A DNA stretch of 62,959 bases, the filler included, from Porpidia crustulata (Eukaryota): assembly GCA_964255105.1 (NCBI GenBank). It is 4 parts of 4 records of this genome, joined end to end, with 100 filler letters (N's around TTAATTAATTAA, not from the genome) between each part and the next. Parts side by side here need not be neighbours in the genome. Positions count along the whole stretch, not along the records: positions 47,309 to 62,959 come from CAXUWE010000291.1; 3 more parts are not named here. One strand, given 5' to 3'. The position numbers and the translations under genes were made by a program. The notes below the pieces were generated by a model. That model saw nothing but the letters and a program-made list of their open reading frames with translations, had not been told where the DNA came from and did no database searches. Below, piece after piece: positions 48,063 through 60,258 of this stretch (position 1 is its first letter; every line of letters starts with the position of its first letter).

Positions 48063-51000
48063 TCAAACCCCCACGGATCTAGCCAGGAACTGGCTCAACT
48101 TGAGACCTTGCTGGCCACCAAACATGGTGAAGTGGTTCGCTCCTTCCAGGATCTCAATCTTCAAGCTTTCCGTGCCGACCAGGGTATCCCATCCGTTGGG
48201 CCCGAAGCCGGTGCGGTCGTTCAGCAACCACTTCATCTCACGGGCGTCGTCCGGCTGCTCCTCCAGCCGCTTGCCGCCAGTCGATCGGTAAACGCCGTCC
48301 GTGGCCCAGATGGCGTGCGTTGCGGGCGCCGCTCCGGGCGCGAAGGGTGTGGGCTCGTAAAGGTCGAGGGCATCGATGAAGGCAAGGAAGTGCGGCAGCA
48401 GCCAGTCGGGCAGGGGCTTGGAGCCGGACCCGAACATGCCGACGCTGTTGAGGAAATCGTACATCCGCACGGGCAGCTTTTCGAGGCGGATCGGGTTGGG
48501 CGAGTCGATCAGGATCAGTGACGCGACTTGTTCGCCCACTACCATCAACATGGCCGCGGCGTCGTAGGCGCAGATGCCGCCTGCCGACCACCCGCCGAGA
48601 TAATACGGCCCGTGTGGCTGCCGTCGGCAGATCTCGGCCAAATACGGGGTGGTCAGGTCTTGCAGTGCGCATTTCATATCTTGGGGCCGCTTCAGATATG
48701 GGCAGTTCAAGCCAACGACGGCAACATTGGGCGCGACGAGGGGGAGGGTGGCGTAGGAGGTTGCCGAACCAGAGCCGTCGGGGAAGAGGAAGAGAATCTT
48801 GCTTGCTGTTGTGAGGTTTCCCTGGAGTACAACTGACGTTGCTGCTGGAATGGCGGTAGGAGTGCTTGCGCTAATGGTCAGCTTTGACACTGTCGTTACA
48901 GGGCTTTCCATCTTGGGCTCGGGCGAGTCACCGAGAAACTTCTTTCGGATACTTGTCATGTCAGCATCAAAAAAGAAGTCCATGGGAAGATCAATATCCA
49001 ATTCCTCTCGCAGTCTCCCGAGCACATCCAGGGACATGAGGGAGTCGAGACCCAATTCGGCAAGGGATGGAGCGCTCCACACATCTTCCACCTTCACTCC
49101 GATCTCATCCGCCAGAATAGTGCAGATTCTGGAGATAGGATACGTCGAGTCTTGCGCCTTGTCCTCCTCGTCCATATTCGTGACGTCGCTCGACGAATCC
49201 GCAGCATCCCCATCGCAGGAAAATCCAGAACCTGGGGTCGAGGACTTGGAGCTGTCCTCCGAAGAGTCCACAGGCTCAGATGCGCCGCTGAGGCATCTCT
49301 TGAGGTCCCTCACTGTGGGATATTCCACAAAGAGAGTCGAGCTCACGTCAATGTTTAACTCCTCCCGAAGCCTACCACAAACAGATAGGGACAGAAGTGA
49401 GTCAACCCCGACGTCCGCAAACACGAGGTCGTTCTTCAGCTCGGTCATGGTTATGCCGCTCTCTTCGGCAATTATATTCATAGCTTGCACGATCAGAAAG
49501 GGCTCCGAGACACTATCTCGCTGTGGCGGTACGGGAGCCAAGCTCTTCTTTGGCATCTGGATGTTCTGTGGCCGGCTGATGACAGTTTTCTGCGGGGCGC
49601 TTGGACGCGCACTGGCGACAGTGTTTGCTTCTTTCGCGCTCTTCGTCCCTGTACTTTTTGTAGCATCGGGTAGAAGGAGGTCCAACACCTTTCGGGGCAC
49701 CGCCTGGAACTGAGAAAAAGTTAGCAGTAGGCACACAAACTTGTTGGGAAGAAGCCCTTATAGATACTTACCGCCACGCCTTGGTTTACACCAACGATAG
49801 AGTCGCCCTGGAAAATATAGACGTCACCAACATATCGTGTCCCGTTCACGGACTGCATCTTGACGTAGGTGTGATACGTATTTTCGGGGGAAAGCTTGAC
49901 CGCGCATCGAATCGACTCCCAACCATGGTTAAGGAAGACCTGTGACTTATAGTCGAACGACTCTGTGGCATTCATGATAAAGCCCGACAGGTGGCCGAGA
50001 CTGTCGATATAATAAGGGTTGGCGTAGAAGCAAGTGCTTTTATCCTTGAAGGCGACACGAGCCGTAGCTTCGTGGCCTTTACTGTCTAGATGAACCTCCT
50101 CAATGCCCTGAAAACTCTCTCCATACTCGACGCAGTTCTCAAATAACTTATATGCCATTCCACGTTTGATCAGATGGCAACTGCCGTTCTGGGCGGCATC
50201 GCGCAGGCTCTGCATCCGAGACCGAACGAGATACGCCATACGCTCCCACTCGATTTTCCAGGCATCTGGGTCTCCGAATCGAAGCATGCAGGTGGCGTGC
50301 TCCACCGTTTTCTTACCGCGCGAGTCAACACTATAGAAGACGACCTTGGCCGTCTGAGAGGGCCAGTCGGTCTCGACGGACGTACGGAAGAGTTCCGGTT
50401 TGCCCGGGGTCCGCATGAGCAGAGGCTTTGTGGTGGCCATGTCGGCAATTTCGACGCCTCGGTTGGCCTTTACTGGATTACCGTCGTGCAAATAATTGCC
50501 CAGAGTCATGGCAATGTCGGCATAGACGGAAGAAGGACACAGGATTGCGCCATTCACCTTGTGTGCCTCGAAGACAGCCCGAAGGTTGGGATGAGAGATG
50601 TCCGACTCCATCAGCACAGATGACTTCGTAGGCCCATGTTCCGATTCTAGGATCTTCTGACACGTAGCAGACAAGAATTGAGGTGCAGCGGCTACAGGCG
50701 TGAGAGCCTTAATCATGGCGGTAGGAGGGTCTCCCTTGGTTAGGCACCAGTCGTTGACGTATTGGATCCAGTGATTTTTGTAGTCCCACTGGTAACTAGG
50801 CAGGGAAATGACATCGTGGAACGCGTCGAAGTCTCGGTGATATTCACCCCATTGAAGATCCAGGCCCGCTTGATACAGGGTCGAAAGAGCCTCGCTCAAT
50901 GTTCCCCAGAGGCAGTCGCTCTTCCGGACAGAGGCGATCGTTCTGGTGGAGGATCCGATGCTGGCCTTCAACATTCCTGTTACGATGGGATCCGGCCCAA

Positions 51001-54000
51001 TTTCCAAGCAGATGGTGTCTTCGGATACGACCTTTTGGGAGAGAGCGGATTGGACAGCACCCACAATGTCAACCGTCTCACGGCAATGGCGGGCGAGATA
51101 ATTTGTGCCAAATTGTCCCTGTTCAGTGACAACAGCTGCCAACAGGGGCGAGAGGAGGGGGATTGTGGGTTTCCTGAAGACAATTCCACGAGTGAGTCTC
51201 TCAAATTCATCGAGGACAGGCTCTACCTGAGAGCTGTGGAAGGCAAAATCGGTCTTTAACCTGCTCGTTTTGATGCCGGGCGGCCCCAATTCTTCCTGAG
51301 CACGGTCAACATCGGCTCTCAGGCCAGAGAGAACAGTCTGAGTAGGTCCATTAATGCATGCAACCTCGAGATGATGGCTTTGCAAAACGTGGGCAAGCGC
51401 GGTTACGGGAGCCTTGACAGCCAGCATGGCGTGAGTTCCGGCCGAGCATCGGTCCTGCATAATACGAGCTCGTGTCCCAACTAGGAACACGACATCGCGC
51501 GCGGAGAGCACCCCAGCAACGTGTAGAGCCGCGTATTCGCCGAGACTGTGTCCGACCACGACGCTAGGGACAATTCCAAAGGACTCCCAAAGCCGAGCTA
51601 GGGCGATCTCGAAGCAGGTCAAGGCCAGCTGCGCAGCCTGCCCAGTTTGATGCATAGTATCATGACCGGTACTGTCGGTAATCAGGGGTAGGAATGAATC
51701 AAACCCTAAACTCTTGCTGATGCCATCTAGGCACCGGAGCTCCTCGCGGAAAACGCTAAAGGAAGCAAAGAGATGCTTTCCCATTCCTGCGTAGACCGAC
51801 CCTTGCCCTGTGAACGCAAAGGCGACCTCGGGGACTTTACGGGGCATAGGTCGGACGTCCAACCCAGCAGACTTCTTAAGAGCTGTTTTCACATCGGCAA
51901 TCGTCCGTCCGGTAACAGAGAGCCGATAATTGTGGTGCATTCGACGAGCCATGGTCGTGTAGGCCAAGCTTCCGAGAGGTGTATCAGGGTTTCTTCCGAG
52001 GTGCTCTGCAAGGCGCTCGGCATTCTGGCGAAGTGACTGGGCAGTTCGGGCTGACACAGTAACTAGATGGACATTCCTCGGATCTTCTGGCGCTCGAGGC
52101 TTGTACGTAGAAGGAGGATCCTCTACAAGAAGTGCTGAGTTCCCGCCAGCCGCGCTAAAGTTGTTAAGGAACGCCATCCGCTTATGATCCGCTGGTCGCC
52201 GCCACGGAGTCGCTTCCATGGCGATCCGGATTCCGCGTTCCTTCAAATCTGTAGGAAAACCGGTATTGAGCTTGGTTTTGATGCCACAATGGGGCGGGAT
52301 CTCGCTATTCTTCATCATCATCATCACTTTAATGAGCGATGTTACTCCGGACCCGGATTCGGCATGGCCGACGTTGGCTTTGACAGAACCAAGGTACAAT
52401 GGCTTCTCCGCAGAGCGACCAGATCTGCTGCCCGTAAAGACATCTAGGACTGACCGCATCTCCACTGCGTCACCGGCTTGCGTCTAATAGAAGTGTCAGT
52501 CCCAAGACACGTCTGCACTCGAGACTCGCTGTTACTCACTCCTGTTCCATGCATTTCAATGTAGCTCACATCCGGGGGGTCATGGCCAGCGTCGTTGAGG
52601 ATACGACGGAAAATGGCGGACTGGGCGCCAATGTGTGGGCGAGTAATGGACTCGGCTTCGGCAGAATGGTTGGTGTAAGCCCCGCAGATCACGGCCTGGA
52701 TGGGATCTTTGTCGGCCAGCGCGTCCTCCAGCCTCTTCAGCACCACCGTCCCCACAGCATCCGCCCGGCAGTACCCGTCAGCACCATCATCAAACGTCTT
52801 ACAGTTTCCGGTTCGAGACAGGAAGTGACCCTTGTCCAAGCCAGTAAAGTTGTCGGGATTGGTCATGACGTTCGTGCCCCCAGCGAGGGCAGTGTCACAG
52901 TCGTTCCTCCAAAGAGAATTACAGGCCATGTGAATGGCAGCAGCACTAGATGAACAAGCCGTGTCGACGCTGACACTAGGCCCGGAAAATTTGAAGTGAT
53001 AATTGATACGTCCTGGTGTGAAAGCGCGGTTGCCACCGGGGATGAAGTACGTACCAACATCCTGCCCACTGTTGACTTCACGCCAGTCATCACTGGTCAT
53101 ACCATAAAAGATACCTACTCGATCCCGTTGGGTGGAAGGAGTCCTGTCGGGAACAACGCCTGCCATCTCGAGGGCCTCGTAGGAGGTCAACAGAGCGAGC
53201 CGCTGGCCAGGATCGGACTGGTCCGCTTCCTTGGGAGAAAGATTGAAGAAACGACAGTCGAAAAGGCCGGGCTCGTTGATGAAGCAACCGTGTCGGACTT
53301 GCGACGCGTTCTTCTTCTTCCCACTCGGGTCGTAGTGCGTGTTGACATCAAATCGATTTGGCGGGATTTCACGGTGGACGTCCCGTCCTTCATGGAGGAG
53401 TTTCCAAAGACTGTCGGGATCTGCGGCCTCCGGAAATCTCCCTGAATATCCGATAATAGCAATCTTGGATTGATCCGGCCGACCGCTACTCCTCGTCTGC
53501 AATTGTGGTGTGCCGGGGTTTGACGTTCTTGCGATGTGCTCAACCTCGACCGAAATGCCTTCAGTCTCACTAAAGGCGCTAGCCAGAATTTGGGAAATGT
53601 TCGTGCCAACCGACAACATAAGCCACCGAGGGTATGAAGATACTTGATAACTGCTCCCAATGGATTTAATGATTCTATCCAGGCGGATGGGTTCTCTGAG
53701 AATCTCTCCTAACGAGATCTGAAGTAGGGCTCGGAAGGTAGCAGCCAGGATTGGCTGTCCCGTAACGCTGGAGATGACGGGGAGCTTCAGGGCTGTCTCG
53801 CCGGCGGTCTCAGAAACAGCTTCTAGGATTTCGTCAATATCTGATTCGGGATATAGATGAGGCTCGTGATATGGAGCAAAGATTGGGGCCGGGATAGACT
53901 TGACGTCGCCCATGATGGGTGAACCGAAGAAGTCTTTCAGAACCCTGGGATGGCCAAAGATAGTAACACTGGACGGGGCTACGGTGCCAATGTATGGCCT

Positions 54001-54732
54001 CCCACCAATAGGTAAATCCTGCTTAGCGTTAGCTAGCGCTCACAATGGAATTCAAAGCATTTTTTCAATGGGATGGGGGATAAGCTTGCCGCTGATTGGG
54101 AGAACTGTTCGATCCGCGATGCAGCTAGGTCGACTTGCAACTTTGGGACAATATAAGACCAATTCTTATTCTTGTCCGTCCCATTCTCCAGAAGTTCCCG
54201 AGCTTTGGTGACGTGGAGTCCTGTGCGAAATGCAATCACCACTGCCTCTACGGCCAAAGACACAAGCTCGCCGACGGTAGAGGCGGATGCAACGGCACAT
54301 GCGGCGAGCTGGCCTGTACATATACCAAGCACGACATGGCTCTGACCTGAAGGATATGGTCTGGAACCATCTCCATAGTAGCTGAGATGTATTAGAATCT
54401 CAAGGAGAAAAAGATACAATATACTCTGGGGCTTCACTATACCTTATAAAGCTGCCAAGCTGGTATATTGCCGTTAGAATACTGGCGAGGACCGGGGTTG
54501 AGTCGAGGTCCGTTGAATAGGCGGCGAGTAGGTCGATTATCCTGGAGAAGCGCGGCAGTAACTCTTGGATCTCACGTCTCTGCTGAGTGATCTCCTGTCG
54601 TAGTGCGATGTGCGTCTTCTCGAGGAAGGATAGAAGTAAAGCGCTGTCTTTAACGCGTAGCAGCTGACGCAAGCCAGAAACGAAATCGCTCGTCTGGTCT
54701 CCGAAGAGATAAAGACGCCCTTGATCCTTCAT
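48063..54732 (-). CDS. Non-reducing iterative type I polyketide synthase SAT-KS-AT-PT-ACP-ACP-TE
   Basis: YLFGDQT and GICTG (SAT); DTACSSS, EMHGTG, NVGHAESGSG (KS); GHSLGEY, FAFHS (AT); HKVNG (PT); GVDSL and GLDSL (two ACPs); LFPDGSGS, GGWSAGG, NHFTM (TE); about four introns. Confidence 0.96.
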
Positions 54733-55122
54733 AATGCCTATACGCACGAAGACAATAGATTGAGATGGGAAGTTAAGGAAAATTAAAGAAAGTTGGGACG
54801 TAGGAGATGATCTGCGCTGCAAACATGGTTACGATGAGGGCAGTCAACGGTTCAACCTTTCTATATCTACAGACATTATTCTCCAGTGTGCCTTATCAAA
54901 ACCCGCAGATCATATCGTATCGCAGTAAGCAAGTCTAATTTGGGAGTTCCTACGCCTCTCAACCAACACCGAATCCCGACCTCACATGGCCTTGGTATGC
55001 AAGGCTGCAGAATAAGGTTGAACTTAGGTTTAGAGGCCGATGCAGTTCCCACGCGTGCTTCCCACTATTTCATGCAGGAACTCGACCAGATAAGCGGGAC
55101 TTGATTGGGGGCCAAATGGGGC

Positions 55123-55451
55123 GGTGTAGAGCAGAGGATAATTGGCTCTTGAGGACAACTTTTCTCCGGGTAGTTGCGTGGTCTTGTAGTAATTAGCACC
55201 ACCTTAATCCCGAGCCTCATTTGGAGTTTCAATCGGGATGTTTTCGCTAGTCCTGATCATAGATTCGAACCCACCCGTTGATATTGCATCCTGTGACTGA
55301 GTTGCCTCGGCCGTGGCAGACTGTAGGAGGTAGGAGGAACAGGTGTAGAGCAGAGGCTTATTGGCTTCTAGTGATGACTTTCCACGGAGTAGCATCCGTT
55401 GTCATGATGTGGTAATTAGCACCGCCCTAGTCCAGGGCCTCAACGGGTTTC
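55123..55451. repeat. Diverged ~110-bp direct repeat in the PKS/MFS divergent intergenic region
   Basis: GGTGTAGAGCAGAGG at 55123 and 55342; GTAATTAGCACC at 55189 and 55412; collinear similarity between and after these blocks. Confidence 0.75.
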
Positions 55452-55911
55452 GGGTCTCGGGCCTCTCTCCAGCCAGTCTTATGTCTTGAGGTAGCCCAGG
55501 TAAAACACGTTCGACCAACTTCGTGCCATTAACAAGTGCACTGATTACTTCCCTAAGACATAAAGTACCTGATAATAATGGTATCACTGATTCAGCCCGA
55601 CCAGGTCGCATCTCCATAACAAAGCCAACTGCGGCACCAATTTTTGATACAGAATAGACCAACGTTATTGAAGCAGTTGCCCCATTCTAGCTCTTCCGCT
55701 GTTAGATACTTTGGCAAATAGTTTATAAGGCTTGTTTATTACAAGATAAGGACGGTTTCTCCTACTTGTGTTGTTCGTTTATAAGGCTTGTTTCGTCCAA
55801 GATTATAATCATCCCTTCTACTGGCACTGTTTGAGCATAATAAAAGGTGAGTAAAGGTTTAGATCCTCCTTTCGAGAGACGGGCTAATAACTGATTTTTC
55901 GACCAAGGGCT

Positions 55912-57745
55912 ATGACGGAAACCGGTGCGCCGCCGCCGTTACCCACAGGGCCCCGGCTGGCCCTGATTGTCTGCTTCGCATGCGTCGCGCTTCTACTCCA
56001 GGCCTTGGTACTTCCACCGTGTCTCGAGCTATGGCAGACTAAGCTTCAGCTGCTAATGGGCTGGAATAGGACACGACCATCGTTTCGACAGCGATTCCGG
56101 CCATCTCGGACGAGTTTCACACGACCCAGGATGTCGGTTGGTATGGCTCCGCCTACTTCCTCACCATGTGCGCCTTTCAAATCTTCTGGGGTCGGCTATA
56201 CACATTCTATGATCTCAAGACGATGTACATTGCAGCGATCGCTATATTCGAGCTCGGCAGTCTGTTGTGCGCCGTCGCACCTACTTCGGCCGCTTTTATC
56301 GTGGGACGCGCTTTTGCTGGCGTAGGCGCTGGAGGGGTTTTCACTGGCAGCTTCGTCACCATCGCATTTAGTGTCCCGTTGGTGAAGCGTCCCATGTATG
56401 CTAGTTATCTCGGCACTGTGTATGGCGTCGCTAGCGTCCTAGGGTGAGGATTCGGCCTTCAGGCAAATTCGATTTTTGTTTGACTCGCACCTACTGACGA
56501 CCAGTGTACAGACCCCCCATAGGCGGCGCATTCACCACGAGACTAAGTTGGCGCGGTTGTTTCTACATGAACCTCCCGCTTGGTGCCATCGTTATCGCCG
56601 GCTTGATACCTTTCTTTCGATCACCGCAGGCAGCGGCCCGGCTCGCAAGTCTGCCACCAAAAGAGAAACTCAAGCGAATGGATCCGACTGGTACGGTCAT
56701 ATTTGTCGGGGCAGTGACCTGTCTGCTTCTGGCCCTGCAATGGGGTGGCCAGAAGTACTCGTGGTCGAACGGACGCATTATTGCTTTGCTAGTCCTCTCC
56801 GGGATCGCATTTATCGCATGGATAGCCTGGCAAGTATACCTAGGTCCAGTAGCCACCATTCCGAAAAACATCATCGGGCAGCGGAGCATGTCATTTGCAT
56901 CTTTCTACTCATTCGTGCAGGGCGGTGTCAACTTCGGCATACTTTACTACGCGCCTCTTTGGTTCCAGGCCGTCAAGGGTCACGACGCCGTGCGCAGTGG
57001 CCTCGATATTGTGGTATTCATCGCGGGCATGACGGTAACGATGCTGGGAACTGGTTACATTCTTACCAAAGGCGGCTACTCGATGCCTTTCATGGTCTTG
57101 TGCGTCGTTATGGTGAGTGTCGCATGTGGCCTGCTCACAACGTGGACCCCCAACTCGGGCGACAGCAAAATTTTCGGCTACTTGGCGTTGTATGGTCTTG
57201 GCCAGGGCTTTGGCTGGCAACAGCCCATCCTAATCGCACAGACTATGCTTCCGGCGGCCGACGTCCCCACAGGAACTTCGCTCACAACCGTGTGCAAGCT
57301 TCTCGGCGGCACTATTTTCCTATCCGTCAGTCAGAGCCTGTTCACCACGAAGCTGCATGACCTGGTCATCCAACGCCTTCCACAGCTGGATCCGAAAATC
57401 TTGATGACCGTTGGCGTGATCGAGCTACGTTCCAAGCTGGACAAGAGCCTTATCCCGACTCTTGCGTCCTGTTATAATGATGCTCTAAAGGACGTCTGGT
57501 GGTTGCTGCTGGCCCTCTGCATCATCAGTATATTTGGCGCGGTCGGGATTGAATGGAGAAGCGTGACGGATAAGGTGGCGACGAAAGGCCCTCGGCCTCA
57601 GGCTCCGCGATCGGTACCATCGAGTGAGGAATTGAAGCAGCTAAGATATGGTGCATCCCAGCAGACTGTGGGTTCGGTTTCGGAGCACGAACGGGCTTCG
57701 ATTTCACAGGCTGAACTGGCTGTGGCGCCAGAATTCAAAGTGTGA
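55912..57745 (+). CDS. MFS drug:H+ antiporter (DHA14/toxin-efflux type)
   Basis: LQAL|DTTIVSTAIPAI..DVGWYGSAYFLT, GRLYT, FIVGRAFAGVGAGG, GGAFT..SWRGCFYMNLP, LQWGGQKYSWSN; introns near 56008-56069 and 56444-56511; possible upstream intron 55848-55908. Confidence 0.92.
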
Positions 57746-58290
57746 CTGTTCCTGCATGGCACATCTGGATATCTACGAGAACACGATGAACGAAGTTGAA
57801 AACTAAAATAGATTTGGAATTTCATCATAGCATAAGGTACCCAGGCGAGTCATCATATTACGTGGTTCCGTTTAGGGTAGACACGGATAAGGAGTTAAAG
57901 GGCGGTGGGTGTTCGTCGGGGACTTGTGTAATCCATAAATTTAAGTAGACGCTACCCCAATCAAGTAAGATAATGCCACGTTACTGCCATGCGGATTATG
58001 GCTGTGTCAGATGTGGCGCATGTCAGGGCATTTCGGGGGTCGGGGATGGTATGTCGGGGACCCCATAAGCATATTAGTATAGGTCAGCCAAGATTACTGC
58101 GCCATCCCAATGAGGAGCGTCTCCAGGTCTCTCAGACGCCACGTTCGGATTTCGGGCATGGAATGGAGGATGACATGGACGTCGTGGGAGGGCTGTTCAT
58201 ATATGGACACGATCCCTCTGCGCCAACGTCAAGGGTCTATCACGTCTTCCGAATCTCCACGTCTTCGCGAAACCTTTCCGCGCTTGTAAT

Positions 58291-60258
58291 ATGTTGCGAA
58301 AACTCGTGTCTGGCCTGGCCTTGGCCATAGTCTTGCCCTTCTCGCTGGGTCTGAATTCGCCCCTTGAGTCTGTGGATGGCCCTCGTCGATTCGACCTCAC
58401 CGTCACTTGGGAGAAGAATGCCCCAGACGGGATCAGCCGGGACATGATCCTCATCAACGGGCAGTTCCCCGGGCCAATCTTGGAGATCAATGAAGGAGAA
58501 GAGGTGTGGGTGAATGTTCGCAACCACATGCCCTTCAATACAACCATGCATTATCATGGTATGTAAGAAGAGCCGTCGCTAGTTATGGTACTTGCCAAAC
58601 TGACTTTACAGGTATTGAGATGGAAGGGACTTCTTGGTCGGATGGTGTTCCCGGCGTATCGCAGCGTGAAATACCTCCGGGGAAATCCTTCCTGTACAAG
58701 TGGACCGCTACTCAGTACGGCGAATACTGGTATCACGCCCATCATCGTGGGCAGCTGGATGACGGCCAATACGGCCCAATGATCATCCACCCTAAGAAGG
58801 ATAGACCCACGCCGTTCGGCCTCATATCCCAGGATCAGAAGACCGTTCGCGCAATCGAGAAGGCTGTCGCCAAGGTCACTCCGCTGGTACTGAGCGACTG
58901 GCGAAACATTCCTTCAACTGAGGCCTTTGACATCGAGATCGCGGCCAATATGGAGGTACCATGCTACGACTCTCTACTCATAAATGGCCAAGGAAAGGTG
59001 AATTGCTGGTCCGCCAGCAAGATCAAATCCTTGATAAGTCCCACACAGCAGCGACTTCTCATGATTGGGAACGCTACCGCGATGACACCTAAGGCGTACG
59101 TTCACTCTCTCCCCAGACTGTCGCGAAATCGAGAGTCTTGACTTTTGCGAAATGCAAACTAATATGGTAAACAGCTGTCTTCCCAAAGAGATCGACGCCA
59201 AAGTCCTTGCGGCGGGAACACGGACAAATGTTTCCGCAATACCGCCCGAGATATTCGATATCTGCACCCCGACACAGGGGTCTAATGCGATTGTAAAGGT
59301 TGAAAAGGGTGAACGCCGTGAGGGCGAAACGTGGGCTGCGCTCGACGTAATTGGTGCTTATGGTACGGTGACCACGACCTTCTCGATCGACGAATTACCG
59401 ATGTGGATATACGCCGTCGATGGCGAGTATATCGAGCCTCAGCAAGTAAGCGCTATTACCGTCACCAACGGCGAGAGGTACTCCTTCCTCGTGAAGCTCA
59501 CTCGTCCTGGGGATTATACCATCAGACATGCGTCCACGTTACCGGTTCAACTGCTGAGCGGGCAGGCGACGCTATCCTACGACTGTGACGACGAGGCTCC
59601 TGCCAATCGAACCTCAACGCCGTATATCAATGAAGCTGGACAGGCCCTCAGCTCGAACGTAACCTTCTTCAATCAGGCGGCGCAGAAGGCGTATCCAGCT
59701 TATCCTGTTGGGCAGAAAGCTGACCAAACGTTCATTCTCAAGATGGGCAACACTGACGGGTCGTCCTACAAATGGTCTATCAATGGAACGGCGCAGCCCC
59801 TGACGCTCGACGGTGACAACCCAATTCTCTTCATGCCGCAGCCCAACGTTATGAACAGCCTGACGATCACAACACTCAATAACACATGGGTCGACCTCAT
59901 CTTCGTGGCCACGCAGGTGCCGCAGCCGGCGCACCCTATCCACAAACACAACAACAAGATGTGGCTAATCGGCTCGGGCCAAGGCCTGTTCAAGTGGAGC
60001 AGTGTCGAGGCAGCGATGAAGGAGGTACCGCAGAGCTTCAACTTGGTGAATCCGCCACGACGCGATGGGTTCGCAACGCTTGATGCTCCTAGAGGTCCTA
60101 CATGGACGGCTGTGCGGTATCATGTGACAAACCCGGGCGCGTGGTTCATCCACTGTCATATCCAATCCCATCTGTTAGGTGGTATGAGCATGGTCATTCA
60201 AGACGGCATTGACCACTGGCCGACAGTGCCACCGGAGTACCTGGCATACGGAGCATAA
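58291..60258 (+). CDS. Multicopper oxidase/laccase (Abr2/Gip1-like)
   Basis: Signal-like N-terminus; copper motifs MHYHG, YWYHAH, HPIHKH, WFIHCHIQSHLLGGM; introns ~58559-58611 and ~59096-59174. Confidence 0.94.

Noticed and set aside
59932..59958. Laccase L3 motif HPIHKHN instead of HPxHxHG as a sign of inactivity
   Set aside because: All copper-binding His/Cys residues are present; this position is not a ligand.
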